The notes under the pieces: generated by a model | Databases searched by the model: none | What the model saw: only the letters and a program-made list of their open reading frames with translations | Told to the model about the DNA's origin: nothing | Part shown: in pieces, positions 10,832 through 22,900 of the stretch | Position numbering within the stretch: position 1 is the stretch's first letter | Layout of the letters: each line of letters begins with the position of its first letter | From: Bigelowiella natans CCMP2755 | Lineage: Eukaryota > Protista > Cercozoa | Direction: 5' to 3' | Length of the DNA: 36,479 bases | NCBI GenBank assembly: GCA_000320545.1 | Contig: ADNK01000072.1 | Location: forward strand, 1 to 36,479 | Program-made: the position numbers and the translations under genes

Positions 10832-11194
10832 ATGGGAGTTCGGAGCTCCCATCTAGGCAGCATAAACTTGGATGATTACGAGGATTTGAAGCTCACTGTG
10901 CTTGAGCAAAGCCTGTTCGATGACAGGTGCCCCTCCTCATCCTTATCTTGCTAGAGGATATTTATAATTTATTCGAGTATTCATACAATTCACCTGCAGT
11001 GTCCTGGAGACTATCGCGACCAAGACGAAGTACAAGGAACAGACTCCCACGTACTCGCCAGGCGTGGACTTTCCTGGCTCTATCTTCTCGATTCCTCAGA
11101 ATGTATTGACCCCCTTCTTGTAGTGTACAGCCTCGTTTCTTTTCGTTCAGCATCCGTATCATTCGTGGAGAAATGGAGCATTCTGTCGTCAATC

Positions 11195-11290
<96 letters not shown>

Positions 11291-12042
11291 TATCTCGCAA
11301 ACGAAAATGAGAGTATCTGCCCCCCACCATCTGTTTCGCCTTCCAGCAGAAGAAGAAGAGTGCGGTGGAGAGTCTCGACCGGCGCTGGGCTATTCAGACG
11401 ATGGAGGACGTCACAAGCCTAGCTGATGCTGATCCAGAAGTAAGGGAGTTTACTCGGTGGATATTGCGCCAGCAGCACGTAATCCGGCAGATGTTCGAAG
11501 CCATGCGACGCCAGACGAAGCGCGTGGCGATAAATAAACAAAAGACGATGAATGCTCTTGTGGAAAAGCTCGAGTTCCAAAACATGCGCATGTCTCTCGG
11601 CACTCGTATGGCAATTCGAATGGCCACACACGCGTTTTTGCGGACAGTGAAGCTCATTAAGCGTATCAGTAAGGATCACTACACCTTCTACGTGGAGGTA
11701 GTTGCTTGTTTAGCCGGGTTGAGAGAGAGTGGTACTCATATAATTATCTTTTGTAACCTCTTCCTCCTCCTACTCCTCCTCCTCCTCTTCCAGGAAATAT
11801 TAGAAATGCTTTCCGTTATGCTGGAGGAAGTACCTAATTTGGGACTGAAGAACTCGCCTGTTTTCAAGTGCTTCAACGGCATTTACGATTTCATCACGTC
11901 ACTCATCCTCTGCGCCAAAACAGATGCGAGAGCCAAGGTACGAAAGTTTTGTATATGGTGTATATATATATATATATATATATATTAATGTGCGCAGCAA
12001 TCGCCACAAATCTTGTACATTGAAACATATATATTTTTTGAT

Positions 12043-12077
<35 letters not shown>

Positions 12078-13291
12078 TATATATTGAAGGTAGAATGGCA
12101 TGCTACCCATGCATTTTTACGTGAGCTTTAATATGCACAAATGCACCAACCCCATGGCGACCGGTCTCCATTTTTCTATCTACATCTCGTTAGGGTCTCG
12201 AAATTTCCGCGGAACTTCGCAATCTGGCCGTGCAAGTAAGCAGAGAGGGAGTCAAGGGGAGTGATGGTTCTAGATCTATCATCATGGATGGATCGCTCGT
12301 AGTCCCTGCGTAGCTGCATTGTACAGATGTCGCAACCTGCTGCGAGTGCTCCATGTTTCCCCCCCCCCCCCTTCCCTTTCTTGTAAAGGTTCTTTTTAAG
12401 ATGGCCTTAGCGACTGGATCCGTCGGGGAGATCCTATTTCTCGTAGAAAGCTTCCTGATAAACGAGCTCGGCGGGGTTCATGAGAACTACAGGTATTCGA
12501 AAAAGAGGAGGAGTATTAGAGGAGGAGGAGTATTCAGAGACGAGAAGGCATCAGGGGCAATCCGATTCTGCATAGAAGAACCTGGATACGCATCCCCCTC
12601 ACAACAGTTGTGCTGTGCCACGCCAGCTGTCGGGTTGGGAGGGGGGGGCAGCATCGTTCCGCGAGACATCGTTCTCTATTTTTGATATGAATTCTCAAAG
12701 CCATATCGTCGATGTGTTGCTTCTAAAACCGTTCATTGAGAGATGCGTAAGAGATGTAGCATGATCCACGTATGCCTTTATGATAATAAAAATATTATTA
12801 TCATTAATAATAATAATACCGATGCCACTGTTTAAGTAGAATTCCAAAATCCAGGCGAAATTATCGATGGTTATTCGATACTCTCCCGTCATTCTTACGG
12901 CCATTCGGTCTGTTTTTGTCAAACCGCTACTACTAATTAGAATCGAGAAATCGCTGGCATATCTCGTCGACTACAAGCCTTCCGACAAAGGAAAAGCGGC
13001 GCGGATGTTCCTTGGAAAGATGGTAAGTCTACCCTTGCGATTGCGTATCCGGGTTCATCCGAGCATTCTTCTGTTGTGTGCTCACAGAGCCTGGCGTGGT
13101 TTTCTCTTCCGTTGATGTAGGTGCAAATACAAACTGAGAGCGGAAAGTACTTATGCGTCGAGCCTTCCAAGAAGATTTTGGTAGTCGTGATAGTGTGTTA
13201 CTAGTGAGAAAAGGGCCTCTGCAGCACAGCAGCAGCACAAATTACCTCAGTACCTGCCCCCCCCCTTTTTTCCCTCCTTCTTTTGTTCATA

Positions 13292-13337
<46 letters not shown>

Positions 13338-13706
13338 GACTCTGTCCAATATCCCCAGCGAGTTCACCGTTTTCGAGATTCAGAGCTCCGGTAAGACAAA
13401 ATTGTTCATGCTTGTCAATCGTTGGTAAAAAAAGGGGGGGAGGGGGGGGGGGAGATGTCGGGAGCTTTTCGAAGGCACTCTCCCGCCTTGTTTCTTGCCT
13501 TAGGCCGCATCTAAATCCATGCTTTTATCTACTGGTGCTATCACTGAATTATCCTGGTAGGCACTGTGAACTCAACAAGGACTTCCTACGACACATTCAG
13601 TATCAAAAACCCGCGCTCATCGCTGTACATCACAAACATGGTACGTGAGGGCCAACAGGGGAAAATGCAGTGTTGATATCATCCACACACACACACACAC
13701 ATACAC

Positions 13707-13748
<42 letters not shown>

Positions 13749-16700
13749 GCACAGACACCTATATGCAAATGCACATTCTCTTCTGTTGTTTGTGTTCTCC
13801 GAAGAACATGAAAGGGCAGAAAGAGATGAAGATGTCCCCGACCTGCGGTCCGCAGGAAAAGTGGAAAATCCAGCGTTCAGGAGGGGCGGGGTGAGAACTA
13901 AAAGTGCTAGCTAGAGCAGCTGGCATGCACACGACGACGATGCTGCTTATTCTCCATTGTCGCATTTGTGACTTTTTAATGTATAATCTCCGTCGTTTTA
14001 TCGCATCCGCGAGAGGCGTGAGCGAGCAGGAATCTGCCATTTCTCCCTCTCACTCCTCCCCGCCTCTTCCAATCTTAGATTCGGCTCGCGCCCCATCCCT
14101 GGCCTGACCGACGAGAACGAGGAGAAGTCCCCATTATTCACAATCGTAAACTGCTCGACTAGCGTCTCTCTCTGGGCGACTGAGGACGACATCAAAGTGA
14201 AAGGAGTGGGGTTTGGCAACGTTCAGTCCGCGCAGGACGGCGGTTTGGCATTCCGCATTGAGGTGGGCACTAGCAATGAGACTGCCACTGTTTTGCTTCT
14301 ACGATGATGCCATGTATAAAACCCTGCGTCGTTTGACAATACACCTTTGCGAGGAGAAATAATGCCGTCCTCTATCGAGCAGGGTCATCTAGTAGAGTCT
14401 TGATTTAGACAGCATATTCGTAGGAGAAAGAAATTTGTCCTCAAAGTCTTACGTGACTGTATACATACCCCCCCCCCCCCCTTCCTCCCCCTCCCCCACA
14501 ACACGCAAATCCCCATATTAAAAATCGTTAGATTAAGGAAGAGGAAGCACTGTGGGACGATGAAGAAGAAATCGATATTGGGGATAAACCGCTAACACTG
14601 GACTCCGAAGATGCGCTCGAGCGGTTCGGTGTTCCGTTGCTCAAGAAGGCCTCTGCTGTCGCGGGGGGCATATCGACGGCGTCCCGCCTCTCGATGCCCG
14701 CTGACGGCAAACTAGGCGACGAGGAGAAGGCGATTACGTCATCATCCTCCTCGCCCACCCCCCTCTCCAACATTCAGGAAGGCAGTCTCCTCGCGTCGTC
14801 GTCGTCGTCGTCGTACGAGGGTGATTCAGCCGGCGGCGGGGTTGCAGCTAAGACGGCCGCGGTTATGATTCTCGCGTCGCTAGACCGGCTCGTCGGCGCG
14901 GAGAGCATTGGCGTTGGCGAGGTGGGGGGGAGCGATTCCGGGCTGGCGACCGTCTCGAAGCCTCTTTGCATCAACGTTTCAGGCAATACGCTCAAGAGGA
15001 CGCTGAGCATAATCTCGCTGCTCTCGCCTTCGTTCTTCGCTTCGGGAGGCGTATCCGACGACGACTATGTGCCGCAGATGTACATGCTCATTGCCACGCT
15101 GCGCGTCTTGAAGGCCCACATCTACCAGCTCGTGAAGTCGAAGCTGCCGCTGAAATACTTCGAGGTCTCCCTGCTCGATGCTGCCGCTATAAAGAAGCAC
15201 ATCGTAGCGTTTATCCAGGACAAACCTAAGGCACGCACGGGGCGTCACCGCCTCTCCGCGCTCAAGATCGAGGCCATCGTGCAGGCAGAGGCCGCGCAGA
15301 TCTTCGCCGAAGGATTCGAGTTCTTCTTCCAGGCCGTCTCTGACCAGGTCACCTACCTCGCGGACCTGCTGACGAAGAGGCTCAAAACCACACAGCTATC
15401 GAAGGCCGAGCTCACCCTGCTCAAGCTGCTGCTCACCCGCTTCGCGTCGTTCTCCTCCGGCGCTCTGTTGATGGACGAGCTCGAGGGCAAAGGGCAGGTG
15501 GCGGACCACAAGAAGAGTCTCGCGGCGGTGCAAGGGACGCTCGGGCTGCTGCTTGAAGTGGCTGCTGCGGAGGCAGTGAAGGCGATTGAGGAGTTGCGAC
15601 CCGCGAAGGCGGGCAAGTCGCCCGTGATTCTGATCCTGGCCAACCTCCAGAAGCACCTCCTTTCGCGCGCAGGTCAGTGGAAGATCCTATCGGCCGAGGA
15701 GGAGCTGAAGGCGAAGAAGATGCTCAAGGCCAAGAGCAGCGCGGCAGGGAGTGACAGCTCCTGGCGCATTGCCTTCGAGACCCTCCTCGCGTACACGAAG
15801 AACCTGCTCGAATCGTCGCTCAAGGTGCTCGATAGAGCAGCCGCTCGGCTGCGCGATGTGGACGACGCGAAGCAGTTATCAGCGCTGTCCAACGCCGTCC
15901 TCCACGATTCAATGGTAGGCCAGCTTGCACGGCCAATGCTCTCCGCGGTGTCGATGTTCGTGAGCGTGAAACGGCAGTGGGTATCGGCCGCTCTGCTGCC
16001 CTTGATGGCGAAGCTGACCATGCGCTTGGATGCGATTCTGGTGCTCGCAGATCGCGTCCCTGGCTCGAAGAAGAAGGTTCCCGTCACCAAAGTGAGGACC
16101 GCGAACTCCTCCCACCCTTACGTCCCCAACAGGCGCATCGTGGACCATATATCCGTGGCGGGGGCGACGGAGATCCGCGTGGAGTTTGACGCGAGGTGCG
16201 AGACCATGAGCAACACCGACACGCTGCAGCTGTTTGCGAAGCCGGGGAAAGCGTCCCCCCTCACGCCGCCGCTGTTCGGGCCCGCTGCGAAGAAGAAGAG
16301 CGGCGGCGCCGATGCAAAGTCTCCGCGCGCGCCGCGCGACAGCAAGTCGTCTTCCGCCGCTGCTTTTACTGGCGATGCCGACGTGAAGGAGGGAAAGGAT
16401 GAAAAGGACTCGAAGCTGGGCTCCCTAGCTGCGACGACTGCGCCGAACCCTGCAGTAGCATCATCATCATCATCATCATCATCATCACGTAAACCACGTG
16501 CCACAAGGGGCGGCCCTGTGGCACCTACAGCGGCGTCTGTCCCCCCCCCCGCTGCTGCCGCTGCCCCGCGCGCGGCCGAAGTGAAGAGCCCAAAAGTCGA
16601 TGGGGCGGTGGGCGAGGGGAAGAGCGGCTACTGGCCGGCGCAAATCGATGTTTCCGGCTCGAGCTTCTACCTATCCTGGACGACCAATGGCAACGGAGGC

Positions 16701-19396
16701 TGGGGCTTCGGCCTCACCATCAAGGCGAGCGTGATGGAGATCCCGACGGCCTGGGTTCGCAAGATGGCAAAGACCGCGGCCTGGCTGACAGGAGGAATCG
16801 CAGCGACGCTCATACAGGTTGGAGACGTTGAGGCCTCCGAGACGCGCTGCAAGAGCTGGCTTCAGTCGAATCTCTTCAAGGGAGGGCTCAAGGACGGCTG
16901 CCCGCTGCTCCGCGGCATTGCTGGCCCCGAAAGCAGCTTACCCGCTCTGCACGCAGGGCTCGAGAAACTTAAAGAGCTTAAGGATGAGGCGGAGGTGAAA
17001 GAAATCGTCGCCATCGGAGCTGCAGGGACGGGCCGTCGCGAGAGCATTCCTAGTGCAGACGCAAGAGGGCTCGAAGCGTCGGCGGCGGCCTCGTCGTCCT
17101 CTCCCCATTCTTCTCTTTTCGGGAAAGGTCTAACGGGCGAGCTCTTGGGGCAAATCGCCGCAGGGGAGGGGGTGGGCGGATTACTGGTCGCAAAGCTTCG
17201 TAAAATCTGCAAGATACCGCCGGTAATGCTCGCGAGTGTGAAGCCGACAGCCGCGCGGCTGGTAAGGTCTGTATTCGCGCTTCTTCTCTACCACACCGGG
17301 ATGGGGCACACGGCCAGGAAGCTTGTAGAAGAGCAGGAGAAGAAGGAGGAGGAAGAGGGCTCTGAAGCCGACGTCCCCGAGGACATCAAAGCGGTGTTTC
17401 TGAAGGCCTCCGAGATGCAGATCGAGGCGCAGCAGATCAAGGGTCGGAAGGGAATCGAGGGGCTGGCGCAGTTTGAGAAGGAATTCATGATGAAGCTTGA
17501 CCTCGCCGCGAGCCTGAGCATGAGTACGTCGCTTTCCGAAGAGGACGAGGAGGAAAAGAACAGCAGCGAGGTCGGCGGAGGCAGTGCTGGGCCGGAGATG
17601 CCCTCCGACGTACCGCCCTTACTACTGCGCACAAGTTCGTACAACAGACAGCGACAGCTCACGACCAAGCTCAAGAGCGCCGTGCGAGCTCTCCAGCAGA
17701 TGATCTCCGCGAGGACAACCGTGGAGAAGGAGGCCGGCGACGAAAAGCTGATGAGCGAAGTCATCCGTTTCATGCGCATTCGGCCTAATCTCCTCGGGCC
17801 GCTTAAGCACGCGCTGCTATCTTCCCGCTACCGCGCAACGGCGAGGCTGTTGGCATTGAAGCACGTCGCCGAGCTTGTCCGGGAGCTACGAAGCCACTAC
17901 CTCATACCGGAGATGCTGCGCCACGTTTCCCTTTCATTCCGACTCCCGACCAACGCGTCCTCCTCGGCGAGCAAAACCAGCAAAGCGGCCGCTGGGCCCC
18001 AGGCCCCCGTCGCGCCGAGCCTAGCCAAGATCCACTTCCTGTCGCAGCTCGACGTCGCCGGGGAGAGCGTGCGCGGCGCCATCGAGGACAGCTACTTCCT
18101 CATCATCGCCGCCCTCATGACCAAGTCGAAGCTGGACGCGGCTAGCCGCATTCTTCTCTGTGAGCTCTGCAACGTGGAGTGCTCGCAGCGCGACCTCATT
18201 CGTCTCACCCAGGTGGGAATCGTGCCGCTTTTGCGCCAGGCGCTTGTAGAGGTGCTCGTAGGTCTTGCAGGCCGAAACAAGCACTGCAGGGACGTTATTT
18301 GCGCCAATGCCAACTTCGCCGAGGCGTTTGAGGCGTTCCAGGATGGTGAGGATGCAAAGGCGACAACTTCTGCTGCTGCTACCGCTACTGGTACTAGAAC
18401 CCCAACCGGTAAGATAATCCAGGGGGAAGTTGTGCGAGGGCTGGGAGACCGCACGCTGGAGCGCAGATCGTGGAATTCGCGGGCACAAACGTGGGCGCTG
18501 ACCAGGCTGCTCACGTACTTTGTTTCGCAGTATGCGGATGGCGGCAGCAGCAGCAGCAGCAGCAGCGACGAGGAGGAATCGAAGAAGACCGGAGGCATGC
18601 GAAACCTGCACGACGCGGTGATGAAGATGGTAGTCTCGCAGATCGAGGCCCTACTAGAGCTTGGACGAATCTCAACCGCGAAGAAGGGCGCGGGCAGTAG
18701 TAGGGCCCCTGATGCGAAGAAGAGCAGCCGCGGCGGCCCGAACGACGCGAAAATAAAGGCGATTTTGGACCGCTTTTGGAAGGAGGACGACGAAGGCGGA
18801 ACGCGCATTCTGCACAAGTCCCCGAGCGACGATAAGGGGATCTTTCACTTCCTCGGCACTGGACTGGGGAAGGCGGCGTTCCAAAACCCGCACGACAGCG
18901 GCAGGGTGGAGGTCACGTGCTCTGATATCGCCCGCGACGGCAACGAGAAAGCGAGCAAGGTGGTAGGTCGGGAGGCCTTCAACTACACCACCAGGCTCGC
19001 CTCGAAGCCGTTCGTCCAGGTCGATCTCAAGGCGCACAAGGTGCTCATACACGCCTTCCGGGTGAGCTTCCACAGCGCCATCGAGGACAGCAATGTCGTG
19101 ACGTGGGAACTGCAGGGCTCTGCGGACGGAAAGCACTTTGACACGATTGAGACTCACGACTCTAGTGAGCTCTTTGGAGCTTCCTCGGCCGCAGCTGCCC
19201 CTTCCTCCGGGTTCAGTTTCGGGGGCGCTCGTGCTAGGGGAGGGGCGGCACTGGCGCAGCCTTCTTCTGGGTTTCGATTTGGCAGTGGTTCTTCTTCTTC
19301 TTCTTCTTCTTCTTCGGCTTTAGCTGTATCCTCATTAAGGATTACAGCAGCAACATCAACATCATCCTCCGGCTTTAGTTTCGGGTGGCGTCGACC

Positions 19397-19435
<39 letters not shown>

Positions 19436-19950
19436 TACATATTTTAACACACACACACACACACACATTATATATACATATATACAATATCATATGGGGA
19501 GGGGTCAGAGGGGGAAGAAAAGAGAGAGAGAATGAATATCTTTCTCACAACATTTTTTACTACATGCATCGATGACGACTTTGCGTTCTTCCTCAGGGGA
19601 GCGATCATGCCGCAAGTAGCACAGCCCCTGAGGCTAACAACAGCTGCGCCCCGGAGGATCTCAGCACCCCGTAAGGCAGCAGTGAAAAATCCCGCTCCAG
19701 CCGAACTTAGCAAGCTTTATGTGCTGAAGAAGCCATCGACGATTCCTTACTCGTACCTTCGCATTCGTGCCGTGACCCTCAAAGGCACAAAGATTGAATT
19801 CGTACTCCCCCGGCTCGAGATCTTCGGTATCCTTGACCCTCAGAAGAAGGAAACGGTTGCTAAAGCCAAGGTCAGCAGCGACGAACTCCTTCCGATCTCT
19901 CTCGTTAGACAAAATGCGTTACGGAACAATATCGTAAAGTTTCTGCTGTG

Positions 19951-19982
<32 letters not shown>

Positions 19983-22900
19983 TACTATCATCATCCTAAA
20001 CAGCCACTACGATAATACCCCTCCCCCCCCTCCCCCTTTACATTTGCAGGAGAAACCGAGCGATTGGTGGCAGCTACCGGAGGCGAAGCTGCAGCCAAAG
20101 ACACAATGGAGACTAGCAAAGCCGAACTCCGAGTACCCCCTCTCTATCATCATTGGCCAGTTCTCTCGCGAGCGCAAAGGAACTGGGGGAGGGGGGGCGA
20201 GGAGCGCTGGCGGGGCCACCCTAACCTCGTCTGCAAGCATCTTTGCTACACCGCAGCCAGCGCCGCCATTATCGTTCGGAATGAGTAACGAGATAATGAA
20301 TGATCTAGACGCCGAGCTCAGCGCCTACGATGATGCTGAGTTCTCCTCGGAGGAGTCAGACTGCTTCACCGACGAAGATGACATCTTTGAACAGCAGCAG
20401 CAACTCGCAGTGATGCCGAGTGCGGCCGCCGGGGGCGGGGGTCTGTTTGGTGGCGGGGTCCAAACGGGCACGCGTACAGTCGCGTACAACAGAGGCGGTT
20501 TTGGCGTCGGCGGCAGCTTTGGCAGCGGCGGCGGATTTGGCAATCCGCGTCGTGCGGAACAACTCTCGGCCATGGCTGGTAACATCAACTACTTCGGCAT
20601 GTACGGGGTACGGGGGAGCACAGTATATCCCGAGGGGAAGCATCGCATTACGCTTCGCATCGAGATGTCCGGGGCGGGAGGGAAGAATGGCGGTGGCCGC
20701 CGCAGCCGTGGCGGCCGCCGCGCATCGCGGAACCGCGGTGCTAGCCATGGAGGCGGCCGCAGCAGCAAAGGCGCCCCCATCACCCAATTCTGCTTTGTCG
20801 GGTTGCAAGATACAAAGGTAAATGAGAACCTTCAAGCAGGGAGGGGGCCGACTGGCGGACCGATGCCTTACATGAACTATCACTCCGGCACATCGCTCTT
20901 CCAGCGCTCCTCCGGCCTCTTGGTAGCCCAGGGCAATGCGTGCTCGGGGGCTAACCCGCAGAGGAACATCGGCGTCAATATGGGCTGGTTTTGCAGCGGC
21001 GAAAAGCTCACGATCGAGTGGGATACGAGCGGCTCGGGCACGATGCGGTTTTACAAGGACGGCAAGCCAGTCGGGACACCCGTTCCCCTTTACGGGAGCA
21101 TCAAGAACGCGTACCTTGTCGTGGAATGCACGGGGAGCTTCCGCATCACGATGATGACGAGGAAAAAGGCTGAGTCCTCCGAGGACGTTGGCGGTAGCGG
21201 GGAGATATGGGCTCGGCGCTCGCGGACGGCGCACCTCTCGGATGCCTCCAACGGCTGGTACATCGACACCTTCCGTGATATTGGCTTCACCGGCGTCGCG
21301 GCTGTCCGTGATATGCTCCCAGCCAAGGGAGAGGTTGACGCGTACCTGAATCAATTCTTGTGGGTGGTGCTGCGCTGTATCAAGTCGCGGCCGGTGCAGC
21401 AATTATTGTCGCGAACAAACCATCTCCAGACCATGCTCGCTCTGACAGAGGCCTCCAGCTCTAAGGTCCAGCAGATCCTGGCCATCCGCATCGTCCGCAG
21501 CTTGCTCCCCCACAACATCGAGATGGGAGGGGGCGGCGGAAACGACCAAGCTCTGGTGCTTCTCGACTCCTACTTCGAGCGTATCGGTTTCGCAGTGCTC
21601 GGGCACAGCGGCATCCTCTCCGAGTTCGTTCACAACGAGGGCGATGATAACAAAGGTGATAAAAAGCAGCAGCAGCAAGGGGGGCAGCATGACGACATCG
21701 GCGCATCATCGAAGGCGAAGAAAGGGAGCAGCCCCGACACGGAGATAAGCGTGGCCTCCGAGCTCGGCTCGCTCATGCGCTCACTCATGCGAAAGGAGGG
21801 TTGGAGGCCCCTCGTAAACAAAGTCCTCAAGGAGTCGGGAGCAGGTTTGAAAAAGGTTCTAGCGACGCTCAAAGCGGCTGAGGAAGCCAAATCGCGCTCC
21901 GCTGCCTGCACGCAAGATTTCCGGACGACTCTCGCGAAGACCCTCGCAGCCCTCTACGTGCTCATGGGGCACTGCGAGCCGCTGAGGGAGGGCGCACGCG
22001 TGGTCGCGGAGAGCAACGGCGAGGTTGTGGCTGGGACCGTCGTGTGCATTACGAAGATGAACGAGGGCGCGGCCGCTGCGATAATGATGGAGTCGAAGGC
22101 ACAAGGAGGAGGCCAAATGGCGCCGAGCGCTCCTGGAGTCCCCTCGAGCAACGGCAAGGGCAGGACGAGCAAGAAGAAGAAGGGTGGCGTGAACGCCTAC
22201 TCAATCCACTTTGACAACGGCGACTCGGAGGTGATCGTCGACGAGACCAAGCTGGACTTCGTGGCCGATGTAGATCTAGATCGAGGGAACATCGCCGCGG
22301 AGTTCGTGGAGCTGGCGAAACCGATGGTGGCCTTCGTCGAGAAAACGGCCGAGGTAGTCCCGGTCAAGGGCTCTGACCAGCTTGCGCCAGTAACCTCGCT
22401 CCTGCTTCAGCTCCGCGCGTACACGCTGAAGGCGCTCAACTTCCTCCTCAAGGAACACGAGTTTGGGAACGTGCTGCTCGACATGAAATTCGGCACCGTC
22501 CTGAACAAGATCGCCCTCAGCCATACCGACGCCTTCAAGGACTTCGAGTTCCCGTCCCCGTACAATCTGGAGACGCTCGCTGTGCGAACCGGGTGGAAGT
22601 TTCGGGAGCTAGAGCAGAAGAGGGAGGAGGAAAAGTACCTATGGCAGTACTACGGCGGCGAGCTCCACGAGGGCGACCAGAGCGGCATCATCTACTACAT
22701 TGCAACGGACGGCTACAAAGCGCCGTGGAAAAACCCGTGCGACGGCAAGAAGATCGCGGTCACTTTCTCGTCGATGTCCCCCGACGCCGCCTCGGCCTCG
22801 GCGGTGGTTGGCCGCTCGGCAGAGCGCTGTGTGTCGCAGAACAAGCCGAAACAGTCGGTCACCGTCGACCTGCAAAGCTTCCGGGTTAAGCCCACGCACT

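Noticed and set aside
18346-18422. Cryptic intron GTGAG...CCAG in the large exon
   Set aside because: It is 77 nt, so removal would shift an otherwise open frame.
14637-19999. The 1588-aa and 155-aa ORFs as separate genes
   Set aside because: Phase-compatible splice sites join them to the 3976-aa ORF, and one discoidin domain spans the first junction.
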